A DNA stretch of 64,000 nt. Source: Selaginella moellendorffii (taxonomy: Eukaryota; Plantae; Lycopodiophyta). Both the position numbers and the translations under genes were made by a program. Shown here one piece after another: positions 45,118 to 56,690 of this stretch; the first letter of the stretch is position 1, and each line of letters opens with the position of its first letter. The stretch lies in assembly GCF_000143415.4 (NCBI RefSeq), contig NW_003314301.1:716336-780335 (forward strand), written 5' to 3'. The notes under the pieces were generated by a model. It was not told where the DNA came from. It did no database searches and was given only the letters and a program-made list of their open reading frames with translations.

Positions 45118-46531
45118 TCAGCTGTGAGCCAGTGAGCGGGAAAGCACCTTTGAGTACTTCTGGATGTGGTGCTTGGCTCTTGCGTTGGACATCCAGCTCT
45201 CGATCTAACAAAAACCACGAAAAAAATCACACCGATCGATCGATCGCGCGAAGAACTTTGTCTGGAGAGAAGAAGTAAAAGGAAAGATCACGACGTACCT
45301 GTTTGGTCTGCAATCCGGTTTGGATCACCAGATCGGTTTTCTCCTCCGCGCTCGGGTATGGATTCTCCCTGTTCGCGTCGAGCCACATCGCGAGGATCTC
45401 CTTGGCTCTGGCAGGAAGCTTTGCGACTGGCCTCTTCCTCTCGTATCCAGTCCGGCGGCGGCGGCGCTTGGGAGAAGCAATGGGTGGCGAGAGTGGTGGT
45501 GACATCTCGGACTCTCGACCGAATTCGTCCCTGGCACGCTTGGAGCTCGCGAATTTTGTGCTGCTTCTCTTCTTCTTGGGTTCGTGCTCCTGCTGCTGCT
45601 CGACTGGTTTGTAGGCCGAGTGGAACTCGGTGGCGGTGTCGCAGCACGATGAACTGTTGTTCACGGAGAGGCTGCAAGAGTCCACCACTGATTCCGCGAG
45701 TAGAGGCGTCGACTGATCCAGCATCGTGTAGTTGTCCTTCGAGAGTAAGCTGAGCTCCACGAACCGATCCAGTCTTGGGCTTTGAAGTTTCTTCTCGGTT
45801 CCATGATATCCAGGCACTGCTGACGATCGAGTGTCGGTCCATGTCCTCTCGCCGTCTAATTCTTCTGCTAGATCTTGTTCCCGATAGTTTCCTTCTTCCT
45901 CATGGATCTCGGTGATCTCCAGGCCGGGATGAGCTTGCATGTCGGCATCCTCGTAGAGGATCCCATCCTTCGGCAAGTTGAGTGCGTAAGACATTGTCGA
46001 GGACTCCTCTCGCATAACTCCACTCACCAGCGTTGGTTGATCGTATAGTCCCACTGGAAATAGCTGGAAGTCACCGCTACCGAGATCGCCACCATGACCT
46101 TCCGCCATAGGATCGTTTGGAAAAAGTGGAATCTCGCTGCTCAGAGAAATCTGTGCTTGCTGTGTCTCCAGCGCCTCCGGAATCCCATCCAGAGCCAGTA
46201 GAGGGATCTGCATTTGCCGGAGAGCCGCGTTGATCGCTGAATGATCACACCCCATTCCATCCTGGAACAATCCCCCGTGATCCTTGATGTTGAGCACGAT
46301 CTGGATTGTGCTCTGCTCCTCGGTCCTCGCCGTCCAGCCCTGCGCCGCCTGATCAGCCGAAGCGAAGCACGCCGCGGTCGTCTCCATGAAGATTCCAGTC
46401 TCGCCGGCCTCGTTCCAGTAGGACGACTCGCCCTGTTCTTGCTGCGGCGCCGGCGCGGGATCGCGATTCACGAGATCTTGAGCGTCTTCCTCCGATGTCC
46501 AGGAAGCGAACTCGAAATAATCGTCCGCCAT
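45118..46531 (-). CDS. Atypical TALE homeodomain protein with long acidic N-terminus; intron 45205-45298
   Basis: KRRRRR..KLPARAKEILAMWLDANRENPYPSAEEK..TGLQTKQ|IESWMSNARAK. Confidence 0.85.
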
Positions 46532-47287
46532 GGATACCGCTGCGCAGCACCGGATCGATCACGTAACGATTCAAGCGCAGAGAGCAAGAATCCATACCTT
46601 GCGCAGCATCGACCGATTCCAGCTCCAGGATCGGCAGCGCTGCGTCGTCCGCCTCCATCGCCACCAAGAAATGCCCGAGATATCAGGGTTTTCCCGCGCG
46701 AGCGTTCTAGGGCGCCCATAAACCCTAAAAACAGGGCCAGTTTTTAACCATGCAATAATTCCAGAACGTTGGAACAGGTAAAAAGATAAAAAATTGCGAC
46801 GATCTCATCCTCTATGTTGCGGTTGTTTTGTCCGCGAAGCTCTCCACGAAGTTGCAAGAAACGTGGTGGCCCAAGCTAGCTAGGGGCGAAAGTAAAAACT
46901 CCAATTTACCTCCCTCATTTAAACTTTTTCACCCTGTAGCAATTTTCCTTGCTTCTTTGTCCTCCATCGCGAAGGTACCAGGAAGAATTGTCCACCCTAT
47001 AGCTTTGTCCAAAAGTGTGTGCGCCCGGCCCATTCCAAGCAGCACGCAACATGGCCCATTCCGGGCGAAGAGTCGACCACGCAACCTACCAAAGGAGAGA
47101 GACGACCGTACCTATCAATTAATCAAGACCGTACTTATCTCTTTAGGGCTGTGATGAAGCTGCCAGGAAATTGCCGCGTCAGCTAGGCGATAAGACACTG
47201 CGATTTCCGGCACCTGCCGCGAAGGCGCCATTGGCCTTCTTTCCGGCAAGTTGCCGGTAGGTGCCACATTCCGGGGCATATGCCTGC

Positions 47288-47293
47288 CACGTG
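47288..47293. promoter_or_regulatory. G-box upstream of JAZ
   Basis: CACGTG in GCCACGTGG context ~350 bp upstream of the ATG; JAZ genes are typical MYC/G-box targets. Confidence 0.45.
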
Positions 47294-47639
47294 GTGGGCC
47301 CCGAACGATTTCCATGTGCGCAATGTGTGTTTCGGTTCAACGAGACCTCCCGCGCTAATGTAAAAGATATAGCGCTGGAAAGAAGGGCGTTAAAGAAAGG
47401 GCCAGGTGCCAGGAAACTTCTTCCCGTGTGCTACACTGGCGCTGTTATAAACATTAGAGAGCCCGGCCAAGGAAGCAATACACGAAGCCGGCCTAGGGTT
47501 TTATATTTTGGGGGTTCTTTCTCCGCCTTCCTCGATCGATAGCTAGAACAGGAGCGTTATGGCGGTGATTCTCGCGAGAATGGAGCTTTGATTCGCTAGA
47601 CGAGCGAGAAATCGAGTGGATCGTGCGGGAAATTTCAGG

Positions 47640-49386
47640 ATGTCGAGGGCTAGAACGGATTCCAAGCTCTTTAGAAGCACCGGGAGCGTAGGAAAGCCAG
47701 GGAGGAAACCAGCGGTGGGAGGGTCGCCTGTGGCAGCGGCCGCGGCGTCCTCCATCCCGGTCAAGGAGTCGCCAGATTCCAGCCAGCAGGTGGATCCGGA
47801 TTTGACGAGAGCGCTCAAGCAGATCTTCGAGGTGAGGAACTGCAAGCTCAAAGATCACGGCAGCAGCCACAACAATAACAGTAACAGCAGTAGCAAGAAC
47901 AGTAGCGAGGAATCGTGCCTGACTTTATTTGGGAGGAAGCTGGCCTCGCCGTCGTCCAGTCTGGATGGATCCGACGGGAACACGAAGAATGTGGCAAATC
48001 AGTACTCGCGGCAAGGGACGGACAAGCTCCCTCCTGCTGCCACGGCTCATCTTCTCAAGGAGCTCCACAAGCAAAGGCTCAAACAAAGGGGTAAGTTTTT
48101 CATAGCAGTGAAAATTATATCTAAACGATTTTTCGGTTTGGATTTCTTAGGAATCACTGCCTCGGCCAACGATTTCCCAGACATGGGCGAGATTGAGTTC
48201 GTCCACACTGAGAGAAGACCGGAAGTGTCGACGCTACCACTTCTCAACAATTTACAGGAGAAGAGACCTCTGGTAAGTTTTTGTGACTTGGATCGACGAG
48301 GAGACGAAGACTCATGGGTTGTTTTTCAGGAAAATGCCTCGGATTGCAGCCCTGAAGCAAAGAGGCAGCGGATCGAGAAGGATAAAAGCCTGGATCTGAG
48401 TCTTTCGGTGGAGTTTGGTTCACCAGATGAAGCAGCTCGAGATTCGAACAATACCCAAAGCATGGACATTGCTGCTGAGGAGGAGAGGTAAGACTTTTGA
48501 GGAAATTTCTTCTTTTTGTTAGGCAGTCGTGACTGAAGGTTGTTTGCTCTCTCAGGACACATGCAACCGTGAAGGATCCGGAGCAGCTCACACTCTTCTA
48601 CAATGGCCAAGTCCTCGTGTACGACGACGTTCCATCCGATAAGGTGGGTTCCTTTGTGCCTTTTGCTATAGTGGAACTGTGTATTAACCCTTCGGTTTTT
48701 GCTCTTCAGGCTAAAGCGATCATGGTGTTGGCTAGTAGCATCAGCTCAAAGACATCATGCTATACTCCTTGCCTTGCTGCGGCTACTGCCGCTGCGGCGA
48801 AGGCTACCAGTGCTGCTACTGCTCCGCCTATCGTAGTTCCAACCACGGCAAAAGCATCTAACTCGTTGTACCCATCACCAAAGGGCACCACTCCGGCGGC
48901 AGACAAACGCTCATCGTCAAACGGTAAGCCCGTGCTTTTTGACTCCCACGCATCCGAGCTGACCTCGATCCTCCTCGCGTTACAGACGTCCAAGCAAGGA
49001 AGGCATCCATTAGCAGATTCCTGGTCAAGAGAAAAGACAGGTGTGTATCTCACCACCATCTCGCAAAGACCGAGGATCAAACTCGGTGTTTATGTGTGAC
49101 TTAACTGACGCTTTCTGTTGTGCTTTCCAGGCTGTCTGCCAAGCCAGCCGAGAAGGCCGAGGCGTCGTCAAAGTCGTCCGCGAAAGACATATCGCAGCGC
49201 TCGAGAAGCCCGTCACCGGCAGCGTCGAGCAGTCCCGTGACGCCCCCCAGGGCCTCGCCTCCCAGGCTCGTCGACGAGCTCAAGCTCCAGCTAGAAAAGG
49301 GGGAGATGCTCAAGAGATCCATCCCGGCAAATGCTGGATCAGCAGCAGCAGCAGCAGCAGCACCGAGGCAGTGGATTGGTGTGTAG
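47640..49386 (+). CDS. JAZ: TIFY/JAZ repressor with EAR motif
   Basis: EAR LDLSL; ZIM QLTLFYNGQVLVYDDVPSDK|AKAIMVLAS; Jas exon 48986-49040 DVQARKASISRFLVKRKDR. Confidence 0.88.
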
Positions 49387-49629
49387 AGGCGGTGGAGATG
49401 ATTCGCAGTGCCAAGTTTTAAAGGTTTTGGACTGTGGAAGGCAGCAGCAGCAAGCTAAGAACAGGCCAAACTCAGTCACACACACACAGACACTCTCCTC
49501 TTTACCAAGTGAGAAAACAAAGAGAGTATAGCTTATATTTGATACTTATAACTCTTCTCTTCCAAAATTCTTGTGTATTTCTCTCTTTCTTTCTCTAGTT
49601 TTTTTCTCATCTGGAGAGCATATTCGCTT

Positions 49630-49651
49630 GATGGATGGATGGATGGATGGA
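49630..49651. repeat. (GATG)n microsatellite
   Basis: gatggatggatggatggatgg. Confidence 0.8.
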
Positions 49652-50780
49652 AGGTTGATCACAAACAATGCCCTCGGAAAGATTGTGGAGGGTTGCTTTG
49701 TATAGAACAGACAAAAGCAAAGAAAAATTCTTTGATTAAAACTCTTTGAACGTTCTTCCAAGCTTCTAAAAAATGGGTTGTTTGGCGATCGCTCTCTGTG
49801 GATTTGAATAGATCATTCGCAGCACGAGATGTTTGAATGTTTGAAAGTTTGACACTGGGCTGGCTGGTGCTCGCTGCTTCCAGCGCGTGCGCTGGTCCTA
49901 CCATTCCAGACTACTAAGAATTTCTCTCTAGTTTAAGGCTGTGTCCCAAAAAGGCACATTTAGACCGGCGCTTTCTCTGAGGGGGCGGGGGTGGACAAAA
50001 GTAGGGGCGTGAGTGCATGGAAGCTTCGACGTTTGGTTGGCTAAAGTCGAGTCGCCACACTAGGAGTCAGTGTTTTGCGTTGCGCCAACGTGGAAGGAGA
50101 AGAGAAAAAGATTGGGTTTGAGTGGCCCACTCACACTATAACATGCACATACTCTCTTTTGCTATTGGTCCACCACCAAATTTTACACTTCTATGCAAAC
50201 ATCAGGTATATAACTATGTTGTTTAATTTTATTAACAAGGAAAGATATTTGATTATACTAACCAAGATATATAAAAATATCATAATCAGAAATATAAAGT
50301 TCTTCTTCTGAAGATATTTTGCATGAACCATAGAGCAAAGTAATAAATTTTATTAAAACAAAACTAAATGATCTGACTAATATTTGTGTTCATATTGCAT
50401 TATCTCAAAATCTTGACATTGCAAAAAACAATAGCTTCAACAATTATATATTATAGCTTATAACTAATTCTAACTAATGCACTTTTACCAAATAAATGTG
50501 ATTGTAAAGAAAAAGAAAATTAGTTCAAATATTAAAAATTAACTCTTAAACTATTCTTATTTAGGCTGAAAAATAATATTTACTCCAGAATCTGTCTACT
50601 TCTAGAGAATATTTAAGTTAATAATTTTTATATTATTTTGAACTTAAAGTTTTTGTTTTTAAGATAATTTTATACTGTATATAAAAGTGAGGTATAATTT
50701 CCTTAATTCCTTACAAAAACAAATAAAAAGAAAAATATAAAAACTAATTAGATATCATTTTTTACTTAATATAATTAAAT

Positions 50781-50918
50781 TTATAAGTCTTGGGATATAG
50801 GAATAAGTATATTAATTGGGGTTTAGACCCCTACTTATATACAAGGATGAATGGATGAAATTCAGTCCTAAATAAAAGATCTATATACTATAGTATTATA
50901 ATTAATGTATTACCTGTG

Positions 50919-50950
<32 letters not shown>

Positions 50951-53140
50951 AATCTTACACCATCCTCCCCTCTAAAAGATGAAAAAGTGATGATAATAAA
51001 TCAAGTGGAATATCTAAAGTTTCTATTAGATGATTATAAATTACTATAAGAATTTGAAGTTCTCACAAAACCACCAACAAAATTGTTGATAACCATGATT
51101 GAAATAAAACCCCAAAACCATGGCATAAGCATCAATTAATTATAGAATCATGGTGAACCAATTGCAACTCCATATGCAACTCCCAAATGTTCAAACCAAC
51201 CATACAATTATAATTTTGAATCAAAGAAACTTTGAGAGCTACTACAATCTATAGAACACCATTGAAGCAAATAATACATTCTATCATTAAGTTTTTCTAT
51301 CGACAATCCTCTAAAACCACCATTAATTTGAACTTAAGATCATAAGCAAAATCATTGTCCTTATCTAGCACTGCATATGGGAGGTTAGACTCACTCTATT
51401 TGTTTTCCACATCCTTTTTATCCCCTTCTCAAAGAAAAAAAAGTTCTAAAACTTTAGCTCCATTCAAATTTGTTGTGTTCATATTCACTCTACCATTTAT
51501 GTTCATCCTCACTCCACCATTGCATTTGTTCGGCATTACTACATCAAAGCTAAATATTTTGTTCAGACTGCTATATTTATCCTCACTCCACAATCCATGT
51601 CATTTGTCATTACTCCACTACCATATTCACTTATCCTCACTCTATCATTAGGGTTGAACTCCCATCCGTCCCTTCTACCCCCTCCAAAGAAAAAAAAGTT
51701 TGAAGTGTCGAGGTAGAAAGGAGAAAATGAAAAAAACTTAAAGAAAAATAATTGTGAAAGAAGAAAAAGTGGATAAAGAAGCATCAATAGAGGAAATAAC
51801 AGCTGACAATGTAAAAATAAAGAAATTAAAAGGATATGTGCTCAAAGTTTGGAAAATAAGGGATTTCTTATCATAAAATACTTCAACCACCACAATATAA
51901 GAAAAATATTCACACTTTTCAGCCTCTTCAACATATAACAAAACTTTTGAGATGGGAAAATTAATAGAAATATCCACACTCTCAATAAAACACATAAACG
52001 CCTTAGCACCAACAATAAAATAAAGGCTCTCAATAACACTTACAATTAGGGACATGCACTCAATTTAAAACTTTGGCCAAAGTGATTCAACCCTTGGAAT
52101 AAGAGAGTACTCAACGTTAAAACTGATCAAAGTCTTTTCTAATACAAAAAAAACAAGATTTTCAACTTTATACACATACTTAACATCTAGATTAATATGA
52201 AAAGGACATAACACTCAACTCAACATTGGATTAAGAATGAAAATCATGAGAGTCACAAATGATCAATGTGCCAGGAGAAGAAAACACTGCAAATGAGGAA
52301 GAAATACTAAAAACATAAGAAGGTGGCTGAAGCTGAGAAATAAAAAAAGATTGGGAAATAGCAAAAGGTAAAGAGAAAAGATCAAATGGTAGATTAAAAG
52401 ATTGATACCTACCTTGTGAACTCTTCACTTCATCTCCAAAGTTATCTCCATAATAATCAAATTTGTCATCATAATCCAAAATCCACTTTAGCTCATACAC
52501 ATTATTTTCCCATAAACTTGATAATTAAACATTCTCCAAGAATTGGATTTCATCATTCATAGTTCGCTAATCAATGTCATCATCATGCTCCACATCAGAG
52601 ATAGTAGAACATTGAGAAGAGAACAAATTGTGTAATCATATCCTATGGAAGTTAGAGACAACAATACACTAAGGGTAAGTGCAATACCAACATAAGCACA
52701 CCCCACAACATTAAAAGTTTAATCCAATGGAGTACCATTAGTAACTTCAAGCTATATACTCTTTAATTGATGTGGCATGGTAGAAGAAAAGAATGCAATG
52801 AAAATTAAAAAAAAAAGTAGATCTAAGCATAAAGATAGCTAAAGTTCTAGATCTTACAAAAAACTATTACATATTTAAATCTAAAAAAAGAATGAAGGAA
52901 TAAAAATAAAAAGCACAATTTTGAACACTAAAGCAAAACACTGCCCAAAAAACTTTGCCCTTCAAAAATATAAGAATAGATATATTAATTGGGGTTTAGA
53001 CCTTTGTTTATATACAAGAATGAATAAACTATATTCAGTCATAAATGGATGGTCTATATGCTATAGTATTATAATTAGTGTATGACTTAGTCAGGGTAAT
53101 ACATATATATATAAATATATATATATTTACAAACTTTACA
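50781..53140 (-). mobile_element. Decayed LTR retroelement with short (~180 bp) LTRs
   Basis: Direct repeats at ~50795-50959 and ~52968-53140 (TATATTAATTGGGGTTTAGACC..TATAGTATTATAATTA); both start TGTAA on the minus strand; purine tract AGAGGGGAGGATGG abuts the 3' LTR; no intact internal ORF. Confidence 0.7.
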
Positions 53141-54435
53141 GATTAAAGTATAAAATATTATAAATTGGTGGTATTGTGTTACTTTATTATTTCATGTAAA
53201 ATAAAAAGAGGTAATAAAACAAATATATCTTTTTTATTATGTTTACAATATATTTTGTTACCTTTGCAATAATTAAAACCATCTTCAATAATAAAGGGTT
53301 ACAGTTTAAAACAGTTACAATTTACAGTTTAACCTATCCAGGTTAAACTGTTTAAAACTTTATTATTAACCCTCTAAGGGTTTTATATACAGTATGAAAC
53401 CTAAAACATATCATTATTTCAAATTTTTATCATATGGTATACCACATCAAATATAAGTAAATATATTACTTACTTCAAAGAGTAAGTCAAAGGTTATATA
53501 TATATACTTGTTAACTGCCATAAGATATTTGTGCTTAATTTAAAATATGTATATTTGAGCAGGAAAATATATTAAATGAGAATTATTAAAATTTTAAAAA
53601 ATAAAATGCTCTATGAAATTATAAATTAAAAATAAAATTTTAAATATTCTATTAAAGTGTTCTTAAGAAGAAAAAAACTAATTTTAACACTACTTTAAAT
53701 TTGTATATTAACAAAATAATCTTTATTATTTTAATTTTGTAAATTTATAGTTATTCTTAACTTTTAAATCTTTTGCATTAAATGGAAAATTTTAAAGTAA
53801 ATAAATTTTTTATTTTTAAAATATTAAACAAAATTAAATTTTAAATCATGTTAAAAACTTTACCCTAACAAACTGAACTTTAGGTTTAGTGGTGATGGAC
53901 GAAGGAATCAATCCGGTAGGAAATGTGGGCTTGGATCCAGCTTACCCTTGTTTTGTCCTCTCACAGGATCTAATTCACGAGATTCTCAAGAGCCTTTGGG
54001 AGAAGGCCAGCCAGGGTTTGCTCTTCCTCTCTCTCTCTCTCGTCTGAGCTCCACAACAGATGTTGCCAAGGCGGATGAATCCAACGTAGGCACAACCTCG
54101 AAAAGAATCAAGTCTACCACTGGTGAGCAAAGCAGAGTTTCTAAAATCATAGAGAAATGCAGCCGGCAAATGCGAATGCTCTCAAGCTCTCCTGTGAGCT
54201 GCTCAAGCTCTTCGTCACAGGTCGGGTTTACTCTATTTCATTTCAAAGAAGGAACTAGAACCAAAACTTCTGGGCTGATTGATGCAGAGGCAGTCGGGCG
54301 AGCGGGAATCATCGCAGAGGCCAAGGGAAAGGATCGCATCGAAGCAACACATTTCGAAAGAATGCTACCGCAGTTTTTGCTGGACTTCTAGCTAGAGACG
54401 AAGATGGTGCTCGCGGGAAGAACTCTCGCAGTGGT

Positions 54436-56690
54436 ATGAGAAGGCTGGCCAGAGGACTCGCTACAGACTGTGCAATCAAACAGCTAAACTTGAGAGAGTA
54501 CCTCGATTCGAAGTTATGCTCCTCCGACGTTTTCACTCTGGCTTGTCTCATCCGCGAGTGTGGTTCTCTGGGAAGCCTGCTAGATGCACAAAAGATTCAC
54601 AGTCACGTCGTAGAGTCTGGCTTTCAGGAAAACCTTTACCTGCGTCCACATGTACCTCAAGTGTGGCAGTGTAGAGAACGCCGAGGACAGGAACAGGATG
54701 GCTCACTTCCGAGACGTCACGACGTGGACGGCAATGTTGTCCGCGTACTCTCGTCAATCCAGCAGCAGCACCAAGGTGTTCGAGTTCTACTGCCAGATGC
54801 TCCACGGTGTCAAGCCCGACAGCTTCACTTTCACAGCCGTGTTGAAACCCTGCGTTTCTGTGAAGGGAGCGTTAAGTGGCGGCAAGGCGATCCACTCCCA
54901 GATCTTAGAGAGCGGGCTAGAGGACGACGAGATCATCGGAACTTCGGTCGTGAGCATGTATGGGAAGTGCAGCAGCCTGGTTGATGCTCGAGCCTGGTTT
55001 GATGGAGTTTGTGTCCGACGTCCGCATGGAGTGGTGTTGTGGAACGCCATGATCTCGGCTTACGTCCAGAACGGCTGCTGTGGACAGTCCTTGGAGCTCT
55101 TCACGCTGATGCTCTTGGAAGGCATCGCCCCAAACAGTGTCACGTATGTCACGGTTCTCAATGCTTGCAGCTCTACGTTGACGCTGGGTATTGGCAAGGC
55201 GGTTCACATCTGTGTTTGCGATCTCGGCCTCGAGTCGGACGTCATCCTTGGGACCGCGCTGCTCAACATGTATGGCAAGAGCGGGAAGCTGGATGAAGGG
55301 AAGATCTTTGAAAGGATCAAACCTCCGGACTTGGTGTCGTGGAACTCGATGATATCGGCTCTTGTCCGGGACGGCCAAGGAGACAGTGCTCGAACGTTGT
55401 TCAAGCAGCTACTTCTGGAAGGCCTCGCTCCAAATGAGATCACTCTCATCTCTACTCTCAATGCCTGTGCATGTCCAGGAGATTTGACGGAAGGAACGCT
55501 GCTCCCTGCCTGCAGCTATGAAAGTGGCCGGGCCACGGTACTCTTCGTGAGGAATGCTCTCGTAGACATGGAAAATGCGGCTGTCTAGAGAAAGCTCGCG
55601 AACTGTTTGAATCTGAAACAGTGGAGAGGAACTTAGTCAGTTGGAGCGTCATGGTTGCGGCTTACGCAGAAAACGGTCACGGTCACGAGGCCCTGCAGCT
55701 CTTCAGGATGATGATTCTGGAGGGTCAAAGCCTCGACTCGGTCGTCTTTGTCAACGTCCTCAATGCTTGTTCTTCGGCAGGAAACGCTGCTGCGGGAGAA
55801 GCTCTTCACGGCAATTTAGTTGAGGCTGGATTCGAGTCGGACGTAGTAGCGGCAACGGCACTCGCGAACATGTATATCAAGTGTGGACGTTTGGAAGACG
55901 GGCGTCGTGTTTTCAACAGATTGGAGGCCCGGAACGTTGTCAGCTGGAACACCATGATCTCGGGCTATGTTCAGAACGGTTGTCCCAAAAAAAGCTTGGA
56001 ACTCTTCCACCAAATGGATCCCGGAGTTGCTGACAAACGGACGTACATAGCAGCACTGAATGCTTGCGCCTGCTCAGTGGCTGCAACCGAAGGGAAACTT
56101 ATACACCAGCGAATACTTCAGCAGAAGATGAGCGTCGACGTAATCCTGGGAATAGCCATTGTCAACATGTATGGAAAATGTGGTTGCTTGAGCGAAGCCC
56201 GGGAGTTCTTTGACAGTATACCTCTTCCCGACGTCGTCACTTGCAATGCCATGATAGCTGGTTATGCTCAGCACGGTCAGCTCGGTAAAGCTCTTAGTCT
56301 GTTCGCCAAAATGAAGCAGGAGGGAGTGAGAGCCGACGGTGCCACCTTTGTTAGTGTTCTGTGTGCTTGTAGCCATGCTGGTCACTTGAAAATAGGATCC
56401 GAGTTCTTCGTATCAATGCTGGTCGATTACGAGTTTAGAATTTCTGTTGAGCACTGTGGATGCATGCTAGATCTGCTGAATGCTGCGTGAAGCAGAGGAG
56501 CTCCTAAAAAAGTATCCTACTTCAGCCAGAGACACCGAGTGGATAACGTTGCTGGCCGCGTCTAAGACGCAATTGTGGCTCAAATCGCAGCAGAGGGCCT
56601 TATGAACTGCCGCCCAGAGAGCTCTTTCCCATACGTCATGCTTTCCACTGCTTTGAGCACTGATGAGGAGGCTGCCTGAGAATTAGAGCT
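54436..56690 (+). pseudogene. PLS-class PPR pseudogene
   Basis: PPR motifs split over ORFs 54436, 54650 and 55621, plus E-domain remnants after 56490; frameshifts and deletions. Confidence 0.85.

Noticed and set aside
53948-54391. 147-aa ORF upstream of the PPR pseudogene
   Set aside because: Non-ATG start, low complexity and no motifs.
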